Part shown: positions 35,597 through 43,504 of the stretch, in pieces
Layout: every line of letters begins with the position of its first letter
How positions within the stretch are numbered: the stretch's first letter is position 1
Assembly (NCBI GenBank): GCA_050014335.1
Contig: JBEKDN010000001.1
Span: forward strand, 1,980-65,979
Origin: Terracidiphilus sp.
GTDB lineage: Bacteria; Acidobacteriota; Terriglobia; Terriglobales; Acidobacteriaceae
Direction of reading: 5' to 3'
Length of the DNA: 64,000 nt
Notes under the pieces: generated by a model
Database searches by the model: none
The model's input: only the letters and a program-made list of their open reading frames with translations
Told to the model about the DNA's origin: nothing
Position numbers and translations under genes: made by a program

Positions 35597-36059
35597 TCCG
35601 CTCTTCTTTCGCCGAGAATTGAATCCGAGTGGACTGATGCTCTGGATCTACGTCCACGAATTGAAATTTCTCGCGTAGCTTCAAATAGAAGTTATTCCAG
35701 ACACGAGCTTTATCTGGAGAGGGAATTACGTTAGGCTTCAAGTGAAAATAGACCATTACCCGTGGAGTTCCATCGTACATCTCATCGAATTTCACATCAT
35801 ATCTTCCAACGACAAAATCATCGGGCCACGGACCGCACTCGTCCAGGATCTGAGGGAGCACCTTTCGCACCTTTTCTTCAGGTGGGCACGTCATCATGGG
35901 ATAGCGAATGCCATCCAATGTCAGTCCCGGATTCAAGGACTCAAGCCTGAAAAGGTAATGACCGTCGTCACCAACCTTGCGGTCCTCAATCACGAACCTT
36001 CCCTTGTAACCAAAGACCTCGACCTTTTCGTCAACTTTCGGAGTGAAGTCAATATCCAT
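35574..36059 (-). CDS. hypothetical protein, no recognisable domain (partner of the HEPN-like gene)
   Basis: 161-aa ORF starting ATG 36059, 42 nt downstream of aroC. Overlaps the HEPN-like gene by 14-23 nt. Local G+C is about 41% (49/120, nt 35641-35760). Confidence 0.55.
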   Translation of the reverse strand: MDIDFTPKVDEKVEVFGYKGRFVIEDRKVGDDGHYLFRLESLNPGLTLDGIRYPMMTCPPEEKVRKVLPQILDECGPWPDDFVVGRYDVKFDEMYDGTPRVMVYFHLKPNVIPSPDKARVWNNFYLKLREKFQFVDVDPEHQSTRIQFSAKEERSALLVAS

Positions 36060-36101
36060 CTCACTCCTCCTTTACCAGTGTACCCCGAATTGAATTCCCG
36101 G

Positions 36102-37280
36102 TTAATACACCCTTATCTGTTCGATGTACCCAGCAAAATTCCGTTGCAACTCCATCGCGGAATCGCCGCCGAACTTATCCTGCACGGCTTTGGCAAGCAC
36201 CAGCGCCACCATCGCCTCGGCCACCACTCCGGCCGCCGGCGCAACGCAAATATCGCTCCGCTCATAACTTGCGCTGGTGGCCTCGCGGCTGTCAAAGCGC
36301 ACCGAGGCAAGCGGCTTGCGCAGGGTCGAAATCGGCTTCAGATGGCCGCGCACTACAATATCCTCGCCGTTTGAGACGCCGCCCTCCAGGCCGCCGGCAT
36401 TATTCCGCGGGCGCGTGAAACGTGTTGGCTGGCCTGTCTCTTCCCGTGCGTAATAGATCGGATCGTGAACCACCGAGCCAAAGCTCTCCGCCGCCATCAC
36501 GCCTCGGCCAATCTCGACCCCTTTGACCGCCTGAATACTCATCACCGCCCAGGCCAGCAGCCCGTCCAGCTTCTCGTCCCAATTGACGTATGTCCCCAGG
36601 CCAGCCGGAACCCCGTGCGCCACCACCTCAAAGATGCCGCCCACCGTGTCGCCGGTGCGGGCTGCTTCCTCGACCTCTTCCTTCATGCGCGCCTCGGTCG
36701 GCTCATCCACGCAACCGAGAACCACATCGTCTTTGCTAGCCAGCGCGGCAATCTCGTTCCATGTCGCGGCCCGCTCCATTTCCACTTTGCCCACGCGAAC
36801 CACATGGCTCAGCACTTCAATTCCCACTGTACGCAACATCAGCTTGGCAAAGGCCCCGGCCGCCACGCGCGCCGTGGTCTCGCGGGCCGACGCGCGCTCC
36901 AGCACGTAACGGGCATCGGGAAAATTGTACTTCAGAGCGCCTGCCAGATCCGCATGGCCAGGCCTGGGCGAGGCAACCGCTTGATGCAGCGCCGGATCGC
37001 CGGCGGCAACAGGCAATTTCGCCTCCCAGTTCTTCCAGTCGCGGTTGACCAGCTCGATCGCAATCGGCGCGCCGATCGTCTTGCCGTGGCGCACGCCGCT
37101 CAAGACGTGGGCCTTGTCGGTTTCAATCTTCATGCGGCCGCCGCGCCCATAGCCCTGCTGACGGCGCCAAAGTTCGCGATTGATAAATTCCAGATCCACC
37201 GGCACACCGGCTGGCAGCCCTGAGAGCAGCGCAATCAGCGCCTCCCCATGTGACTCCCCGGCAGTTGAAAAACGAATCAT
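36102..37280 (-). CDS. aroC: chorismate synthase
   Basis: ATG 37280 gives MIRFSTAGESHGEAL. Contains the GRSSARETA-like RASARETTARV and the LEGGVSNGE-type GGLEGGVSNGEDI. Confidence 0.93.
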   Translation of the reverse strand: MIRFSTAGESHGEALIALLSGLPAGVPVDLEFINRELWRRQQGYGRGGRMKIETDKAHVLSGVRHGKTIGAPIAIELVNRDWKNWEAKLPVAAGDPALHQAVASPRPGHADLAGALKYNFPDARYVLERASARETTARVAAGAFAKLMLRTVGIEVLSHVVRVGKVEMERAATWNEIAALASKDDVVLGCVDEPTEARMKEEVEEAARTGDTVGGIFEVVAHGVPAGLGTYVNWDEKLDGLLAWAVMSIQAVKGVEIGRGVMAAESFGSVVHDPIYYAREETGQPTRFTRPRNNAGGLEGGVSNGEDIVVRGHLKPISTLRKPLASVRFDSREATSASYERSDICVAPAAGVVAEAMVALVLAKAVQDKFGGDSAMELQRNFAGYIEQIRVY

Positions 37281-37302
37281 AGCTTCTTCATTGTAAAGGG
37301 CA

Positions 37303-37339
37303 GGCGAAGACGGAAACAGGGAATAGGGAACAGGGAACG
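37303..37339 (-). repeat. pyrimidine heptad tract in the aroC leader (GTTCCCT GTTCCCT ATTCCCT GTTTCCG TCTTCGCC)
   Basis: Read on the minus strand. 17 of the first 19 nt of the core TCCCTATTCCCTGTTTCCG match the tract at 38404-38430. Confidence 0.6.
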
Positions 37340-37367
37340 GAAAACCAGGACAATTCTGAGTTCCAGT

Positions 37368-37406
37368 TTGTTTTTTCACCTATTGCAGGGTATATTACTG
37401 GATATA
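37368..37406 (+). promoter_or_regulatory. candidate promoter/operator of vapBC
   Basis: -35 TTGTTT (37368-73), 17-nt spacer, -10 TATATT (37391-96). The palindrome TATAT-TACTGG-ATATA (37391-37406) overlaps the -10. Confidence 0.3.
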
Positions 37407-37420
37407 GATTCGAGGCGGTC

Positions 37421-37723
37421 GTGACTCTTACTCCTCAAACTCGAGCGCTCACCAATTACCGCAAACGCCTCAGTCAACGCGGAATGGCGCGATTTGAAGT
37501 CCTGGGACTCTCGACGGATCGCGAACTGATCCGTTCACTGGCCCGGCAGTTGGCCGAGGATAATCCTGAGGCCAAGGAGCTTCGCGCCTCCGTGCATCGC
37601 TGCATCCGAGCGCAATCGCTGAACAAGGGCGGCATCCTTGCCGCATTGCGCCGTTCTCCCTTGGTTGGAGCCGATCTCAACCTCGCTCGTCCGCGCATCG
37701 ATGGCCGAGAGGTAGATTTGTAA
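37421..37723 (+). CDS. vapB: type II antitoxin (VapB-type partner of the PIN toxin)
   Basis: GTG start with GAGG 5 nt upstream. 100 aa. Its stop overlaps the vapC start (TAATG). The C-terminal ...DLNLARPRIDGREVDL tail resembles VapB/FitA toxin-binding tails. Confidence 0.65.
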   Translation: MTLTPQTRALTNYRKRLSQRGMARFEVLGLSTDRELIRSLARQLAEDNPEAKELRASVHRCIRAQSLNKGGILAALRRSPLVGADLNLARPRIDGREVDL

Positions 37724-38154
37724 TGCGCTATTTGCTCGACACCAACATACTCAGCAACGTCACCAAGCCCGCGCCCTCCGAGCCGCTTCTAGCCTGGATG
37801 GCAGAGCAAGCCGACGAGGATTTGTTCATCGCCTCACTGGTCGTTGCAGAAATTTGGTTTGGAGTGCTGGATATCCCACCCGGAAAGAAGCGCGTTCAGT
37901 TGGAGAAATGGTTTACCGGTTCAGAAGGGCCGCAAGCATTGTTTGCTGGCCGTGTTCTCCCCTTCGACGAGAAGGCCGGCTTGATCTGGGCGCGCCTGAT
38001 GGCCGAGGGCGAGAGATCCGGGCAACCGCGCAGCGCTTTGGATATGATTGTGGCCGCCGTTGCGGAAACCAACGATTGCATCGTGGTCACCGATAACGAA
38101 AAGCATTTTTCTGGACTGAAGTACATCAATCCGATGCGGACTCAGATCGGTTAA
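37723..38154 (+). CDS. vapC: PIN-domain toxin VapC
   Basis: MRYLLDTNILS (first acidic residue), ...SLVVAEIWFG (E), ...DMIVAAVA and VVTDNEKHF (distal acidic residues). Confidence 0.85.
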   Translation: MRYLLDTNILSNVTKPAPSEPLLAWMAEQADEDLFIASLVVAEIWFGVLDIPPGKKRVQLEKWFTGSEGPQALFAGRVLPFDEKAGLIWARLMAEGERSGQPRSALDMIVAAVAETNDCIVVTDNEKHFSGLKYINPMRTQIG

Positions 38155-38403
38155 TAGCTCCAGATACCATATTTTCAGGGGATGTGATGCGTTTCCGAAC
38201 CACGAAAACCACAATTGTTCCCTACGTGAACGTGCTAATGCCCTAGTGGGGCAAATCAAGTAATGGACCCCCAAAATACTCTCCGACTTTTGACATCGAA
38301 AATTTAAAAGTTCCATATCGTGATCTGTAGTCGACAGGTTAATTTAACTCCCGCTTTTCGGACACGGGAGGTCGCGGATTTCTATTGGCCAACAATTCCT
38401 TTA

Positions 38404-38430
38404 TCCCTATTCCCAATTTCCGCTTCCCTC
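38404..38430 (+). repeat. pyrimidine heptad tract in the EVE-gene leader (TCCCTATTCCCAATTTCCGCTTCCCTC)
   Basis: Read directly, 15 nt upstream of ATG 38446. Related to the tract at 37303-37329. Confidence 0.6.
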
Positions 38431-38445
38431 GCGTACCATCTCCCC

Positions 38446-38826
38446 ATGAGCTACTTCCTCTTTAAAACCGAGCCAGACGTCTACTCCTTCGACGATTTCC
38501 TGCGGGACAAAGAGACCATCTGGGATGGCGTAACCAACCCTACCGCCGTCAAATTCCTGCGTGAAATGAAGGCCGGAACCAAGTGGATCTTCTACCACAC
38601 CGGAGACGAACGCACCGCCGTCGGCACGGGAACCGTGGTGAGCGTGGACCCCACCGACCCCAAGGTTCCCATTGTCAAAGTCAAGGCTGGCAAGCGCCTC
38701 AAGACCCCAAAGACGCTAGCGGCCATCAAGGCTGAGCCGCTCTTTGCCCAGTCGCCGCTGGTCCTCATCGGACGGCTCTCCGTGGTTCCGCTCACACAAG
38801 AGCAATGGGATTGGTTCTTGGCCTAA
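38446..38826 (+). CDS. EVE (PUA-like) domain protein
   Basis: MSYFLFKTEPDVYSFDDFL...TIWDGVTNPTAVKFLREMKAGTKWIFYHTGDE..AVGTGTVV follows the EVE consensus. Confidence 0.8.
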   Translation: MSYFLFKTEPDVYSFDDFLRDKETIWDGVTNPTAVKFLREMKAGTKWIFYHTGDERTAVGTGTVVSVDPTDPKVPIVKVKAGKRLKTPKTLAAIKAEPLFAQSPLVLIGRLSVVPLTQEQWDWFLA

Positions 38827-38907
38827 AGCAATACGATCCCGGCGGCACAATTCCTAAGTGCGGGAACTGCACCGCCGGCGGAATACGAACTATCTTTTGC
38901 GGCGCTC

Positions 38908-39697
38908 TCAGTGACACCCGCCGCTGGCCTTTTCCGGTTCCACATAGAGCTGTGCCGGATCGACGAAGTACCCCTGCCCATACTTATCGTGGTGGCGAAC
39001 CCAGGCCATCGAATGCGCCAATCCATCCTCATCGCGTCCTTTAGGCGCATGATCCAGAAAGTTATACGTGCCGAGAAAAATATCCAGCCCTCGCGCATAA
39101 CTTGAGTACGTGTGAAATATCTCGCCGTTCGCGTCCTTGAAGAAAACGCTGAGGCCCGGTCCTTCTTCGCTCGGGAACTTCGTGACCTCGTAGTTGTAAT
39201 TCACCTTTCCCGCTTTCCGCTCCTCTGGGGTAAACGAAACGTGGTAGTCGTAGTTGAAATCGCTTTCGTTGGACGATACCCAATGAAACCGCCAGCCCAT
39301 GCGCTTCTTGAATGCTGCAATCTCGCTGCAAGGCGCGCGCTACCACTGCCAATGTAACGTCTCGATTGGCCAAATGGACCGTGGGACCGTCGAAATGATC
39401 GGCAAGAAAGGAGCAGCTTGGGCAGCCCTCTTTCCAACCCGGCCCGAGCATGAAGTGATATACGATAAGCTGGCTGCGCCCATCGAACAGGTCAGCGAGC
39501 GTCTCTTTGCCCTTCGGCCCATCGAAGGTATACTGCTTTTCAACCTTCTCCCAGGGCAGTTGGCGGCGTTGCCTGCTTAGCTCATCGCGCAGCCGTGTAA
39601 ATTCCTTCTCCTTTGTCAGAAAATCTTTGCGTGCCGCCAGCCACTCGTCGTGTGAGACAACTTTCAAATGAGTAATTTCTGTCGTGATGCTAGCCAT
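38908..39697 (-). pseudogene. DUF899 thioredoxin-like protein, split by a frameshift in a GC-dinucleotide run
   Basis: ORF 39062-39697 carries the N-terminal part (…CPSCSFLADHFDG…RDVTLAVVARA). ORF 38908-39300 carries the C-terminal part. The second frame read back to the run gives RAPCSEIAAFKKRMGWRFHWVSS. The frames meet at GGCGCGCGC (39332-39340). Confidence 0.7.
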
Positions 39698-39845
39698 TGT
39701 GATCCTCCTTGGATGGGGATAATGTTGAGATGTTGCTGGTGATCTTGCGGGTTGCTACTTTCTTGAGGACGAGCGCGGCCAAGCCGCCGGTCGTGGCGAC
39801 GCTGCCGGCAAACAGCGCCGCGGTCGCCAAACAATAAGGGCACAT
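39690..39845 (-). CDS. unannotated 51-aa small membrane protein (below the ORF-track cutoff)
   Basis: GGGAGG lies 5 nt upstream of ATG 39845. Sequence MCPYCLATAALFAGSVATTGGLAALVLKKVATRK... (CxxC, one TM helix, basic stretch). Its stop overlaps the DUF899 start (ATGGCTAG). Confidence 0.4.
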   Translation of the reverse strand: MCPYCLATAALFAGSVATTGGLAALVLKKVATRKITSNISTLSPSKEDHNG

Positions 39846-39895
39846 GGGAACCTCCCGATTGCGCGATGGGGAAAATAGCTCGTATCTTCTGGCGG

Positions 39896-40345
39896 TTATC
39901 TTGCCTCAGCGTTCTCGCGGACCCGATCTAGAATCCACTTCCATCCCTTGACCACGCCGTTCCTGTGATCCTCCTGGATAAATCCAAGCGCGGTATGTCG
40001 GAAAGCGATGGTCGTCACTCCATTCGCCTCCGTCAGCCGATACTGCACATTTGATAGAAAGGGATACGACGCAAACAGAGGGCCATAAATCTCCAGCAAT
40101 GCCGGTCGCTTGATAGCCTGCACGTGGCCCCAGAGATGGCCGTTGTTATCGCCCAGGTCGCGATACCATCTCCCGCCCGGCCAAGGCTCGATCTTCATTG
40201 GCATCGGCGTGCCATCTGGCGTATCGTTTCGCGGTCCAATTTGGTCAAGCAGCGCATCGAAGCTTACCGCAATCGACGCGTTGATCTGGATGTCGTATAC
40301 GACTTTCAATGTCAGGTCTTCAATACTCGTTGCAGTCTGGGTCAT
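39896..40345 (-). CDS. SRPBCC / AHSA1-like domain protein
   Basis: ATG 40345 lies 2 nt after the ArsR stop. 149 aa with the ...WPGGRWYRDLG..GHLWGHV... pattern seen in Aha1-like SRPBCC proteins encoded next to ArsR. Confidence 0.7.
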   Translation of the reverse strand: MTQTATSIEDLTLKVVYDIQINASIAVSFDALLDQIGPRNDTPDGTPMPMKIEPWPGGRWYRDLGDNNGHLWGHVQAIKRPALLEIYGPLFASYPFLSNVQYRLTEANGVTTIAFRHTALGFIQEDHRNGVVKGWKWILDRVRENAEAR

Positions 40346-40347
40346 GG

Positions 40348-40704
40348 TCACTCCTCGGGGATGATTTGGGGATTCAATTCCTTCATGCGTTCCTCGGCCA
40401 GTTGCTTCACGCCCAGCAACTGGCGCTTCCATAAGCGCTCAAACGTGCCGGCCCACTCGTGCAATGGACGGATTGCCTCGGCATTGGTTTGGTAGAACTT
40501 TTGCCGGCCTTCACAACGCGCACGGACCAGCCCGACGCTTCGCAACACACTTAAATGCTTCGATACAGACGGTTGGTCAATCCTCAAGGCAATCGCAATC
40601 TCGCCAACCGGGTGCTCCTTGAGAGCAAGATAAGTCAGGATTTCCCGTCTGCGAGGCTCGGCGATTGCATTGAAGGTGTCGGTGGTGGTGGCTGCTCTTG
40701 CCAT
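40348..40704 (-). CDS. ArsR/SmtB-family transcriptional regulator
   Basis: FNAIAEPRRREILTYL...HPVGEIAIALRIDQPSVSKHLSVLRSVGLV winged-helix signature. Confidence 0.85.
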   Translation of the reverse strand: MARAATTTDTFNAIAEPRRREILTYLALKEHPVGEIAIALRIDQPSVSKHLSVLRSVGLVRARCEGRQKFYQTNAEAIRPLHEWAGTFERLWKRQLLGVKQLAEERMKELNPQIIPEE

Positions 40705-40956
40705 AGAAAATAATATGTATTCTTATATAGGAATATGTCAAGTGTTTTTTGATGTTTTGTCTGCGAGGGCGAACTGAAGCATTTTTTAGTCAAGCATAGG
40801 AACTTGAGTGCCCCGTCGATTCCGCTCCTGAGCGCAGTCGACGGATTTGCGTCTCTCAATCGCGAATGGATGGAAAACCTTGAAATCGCTCCACAGGATC
40901 AGCAAAGAATGCTCTGGAGTTTCCGGATTTTCGGTAAGTGCGCGGCCTGCTCTTCG

Positions 40957-41952
40957 CTACGTGGTAGCTTCTCCCAGCCAGCGCTTCGTATTCAGCAACT
41001 GCCGCTGATCGAGAGCCCAGACCTTGCCGGTCATCTCATCGGCGGATTTGCCTTCGCGGATGCACTTATCGAACTCAACCTGTATTGCTTGCATCTTGGC
41101 GTCCAGATCGTCGATAAAGCTTAACGCCAGTGCTTCTGGAATCATCGGCAGCTTTGGTGAGCCAAACTCCAGCTTGCCATGATGACTCAGAATCATATGC
41201 AGGACCAGCACCTTCAACTTGGGCGGGAAGTCAGGCAGACTGTCCATCGTTTTCTCGGCCAGCGCCGTTCCCATCTGTATGTGGCCCAGCAGAGTGCCTT
41301 CCACGGTGTACTCAAAGCCTATCTCCCAGCTCAACTCGCGCACCTTGCCAATGTCGTGCAGGATAACGCCGGTCAGTAGCAGGTCGCGGTCCAGCAGCGG
41401 ATAATGCGGCGCAACTCGGTCGGCCAGCGTAAGTAGGCTGACAACGTGCTCCAGCAGGCCGCCAAGCCAGGCGTGATGAAGCTGTTTGGCTGCCGGTGCT
41501 TCGCGGTAGGCCTGGGCAAGCGCGGGATCGGCTAGCAGCGTGGTTAGCAGCCGTTTCAGATCCGGGTTGGCAAGGCTCTCCACAAAGCTCAATAACTGTC
41601 GCCACAGGGCGGCAACATCGTAGGTGGTCGAGGGAAGCAGGTCTGACTTATCCACCTCCGTCAGCAACGCCACGCGCAGTTGATCCACTTTCATCTGCAA
41701 GCGATCGTCGAATCGCGAAGCCGAGCCACGCGCCTTTACAATGTCGCCTCGCTCGAAGTCCTTGGCAATGCGGGGGTCGCTCGGTTCCCAAACGCGCGCT
41801 TCAAGCTGGCCGGTCTTGTCACCCAAAATTAAGCTCAAATAGGGCTTGTTGCTCTTGGTTGTGCGCTGCTGCTTGAGCAGCACCAGAAAGAAACCGTCGA
41901 AGAGCTTGCCTTCTTCGAAGTTGGCTAAATCGGCAATGTAGATGTCTTTCAT
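40957..41952 (-). CDS. OB-fold + HD-domain 3'-5' exoribonuclease, YhaM-like
   Basis: ATG 41952 gives MKDIYIADL. N-terminal OB region (YLSLILGDKTGQLEARVW) and HD motifs HHAWLGGLLEHV and ILHDIGK. Confidence 0.8.
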   Translation of the reverse strand: MKDIYIADLANFEEGKLFDGFFLVLLKQQRTTKSNKPYLSLILGDKTGQLEARVWEPSDPRIAKDFERGDIVKARGSASRFDDRLQMKVDQLRVALLTEVDKSDLLPSTTYDVAALWRQLLSFVESLANPDLKRLLTTLLADPALAQAYREAPAAKQLHHAWLGGLLEHVVSLLTLADRVAPHYPLLDRDLLLTGVILHDIGKVRELSWEIGFEYTVEGTLLGHIQMGTALAEKTMDSLPDFPPKLKVLVLHMILSHHGKLEFGSPKLPMIPEALALSFIDDLDAKMQAIQVEFDKCIREGKSADEMTGKVWALDQRQLLNTKRWLGEATT

Positions 41953-42055
41953 AATTTTGATCGGAAAACAAAGTACGCAGGCCACGGAACTGTATGAGGC
42001 GCCAGCCTGCGGTCAAGGATACCACGGCGCCTATCGCAACCGGCCATTCAGCGGA

Positions 42056-42080
42056 AAGCCCAGCCTCCAAGGCTGGGCTT
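42056..42080 (-). terminator. 10-bp perfect hairpin downstream of beta-propeller gene 1
   Basis: AAGCCCAGCC-TCCAA-GGCTGGGCTT. No clear U-tract. Confidence 0.45.
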
Positions 42081-42148
42081 CCCGCTCTTGCAAATCGATT
42101 TGATCCGAACCGCTTAACTGCCAAGACCGCTTGCGGAAGATTTGAGCG

Positions 42149-43387
42149 TTACGGCATCACCGTCTGCGAGGCATGGTTGCCATGAGGAATGACAATGATC
42201 GCCGTTGGCTCCTGATCTGTGGGGTAAGGCGATGCCTGCAGGTTGCTCAATGAACCAGCGGTCGGATCCATTCGGAAGCCGGAGATGGTGCCGCCCAGAT
42301 AGTTGGCTGTATAAAGGAAACGGCCCAGCGCCGGATCGATTGCGATTGCCACCGGCAGGCTGTCTGTCTGGTTGAGTTGGCTGCCCGACGCGCCCAACGC
42401 GACCGTCGGCGTACCCGTCGTCAGATTGATATCGTAGCCCGAAACGGTATTATCCAGCGCGTTGGTCACATACATGAATTTGCCGCGAGGATCGATAACG
42501 ATTGCGTTCGGCTCGTTCCCCGCCTTGAATGGGCCATTGGTCAGAAAGCTCAGCGTATTGCCGGTCATGATCGTATAGCCGATCAGTTGCGCGGAGGCAT
42601 AGTCGGTCACATAGAGGAACCGGTTGGTCGGATCGGCAACCAGCGCGCTGGGCTGAATACCGGCCTGGTAAGGGCTCCCTGTGGCCGCCGTGAGAGTGCC
42701 TCCTGAACCAGCCGTGAAACCAAAGACCCAGCCTGGATGAGCGGGGCTGAATACTGTGCCTGATGGCGCGCCTGGGTTGTATGCGGACTGATCGTACGCC
42801 GACACATAAACGCCAGTGCCTTGCACAATGTTATTGTTGGCCAGCGCAAATACGCCGGTGGGAATCATAGTGTCGCCAGGATAGCTGGAAAGGGTCAATG
42901 GTATTGTCGCCGTTGCCGCGGAACCGATAGTGCCAGCCGACAGCGAATACTCAGTCAGCGTGGCGGAGGTAGTTCCCGACACCACATACAAGTAAGTCCC
43001 CGCCGTATCCACCGCAAGACCTACCGGGGCGTCATTCAGCGTGACAGAGCCCTTGGCTGTCAGATTCCCATTCAATCCGATCGTGAAGTGCGTGATCGAA
43101 TTGCTGCCCGCATTGGCCACATACAAATTCGCATAGTCGGACGTAGTAGCCATCGCAACCGGCCTTACTCCGCCGGTGGAGACAGCGGATGCCACCGGGC
43201 GCAAGGCGCCGGATTGCGAGTCCGCCGCATAGGTCTGGATCTTTCCGTCCGTTCCGCTTTGCCAACCGGCAGCGCTGGCCACGAATGCAATATCGATGGT
43301 CGTGATCGAGCAGGCAGTCAAGAGTGTGGCCACCAGAAGGCCTATGGAAGAAACCAGAAAAAGCTGGCTCGATTTGCTGAACTTCAT
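42149..43387 (-). CDS. beta-propeller (lactonase/YVTN-like) lipoprotein, paralog 1
   Basis: ATG 43387 gives MKFSKSSQLFLVSSIGLLVATLLTAC (lipobox LTAC). Repeated ...P.aiavd..g.flYV.N..s.tis.y blades. Confidence 0.75.
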   Translation of the reverse strand: MKFSKSSQLFLVSSIGLLVATLLTACSITTIDIAFVASAAGWQSGTDGKIQTYAADSQSGALRPVASAVSTGGVRPVAMATTSDYANLYVANAGSNSITHFTIGLNGNLTAKGSVTLNDAPVGLAVDTAGTYLYVVSGTTSATLTEYSLSAGTIGSAATATIPLTLSSYPGDTMIPTGVFALANNNIVQGTGVYVSAYDQSAYNPGAPSGTVFSPAHPGWVFGFTAGSGGTLTAATGSPYQAGIQPSALVADPTNRFLYVTDYASAQLIGYTIMTGNTLSFLTNGPFKAGNEPNAIVIDPRGKFMYVTNALDNTVSGYDINLTTGTPTVALGASGSQLNQTDSLPVAIAIDPALGRFLYTANYLGGTISGFRMDPTAGSLSNLQASPYPTDQEPTAIIVIPHGNHASQTVMP

Positions 43388-43504
43388 GCGCTTCCTTCGT
43401 CGTGGGCTTGTCATATTGCGGGCCCAAAAACCGGTTAAGTTGCCCCGTAGTCATCCCATAAGGCTGTACGGGGGACTGCTAAGTTAGACGGCAGCCAACA
43501 GTAG

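Noticed and set aside
38372-38392. GGGAGGTCGCGGATTTC, reminiscent of a tRNA T-arm (a possible att-site remnant next to the accessory genes)
   Set aside because: Only about 9 nt resemble GGTCGCGGGTTCGAATCC. No acceptor-stem or CCA-proximal sequence follows, and no tRNA gene is in the window to pair it with.
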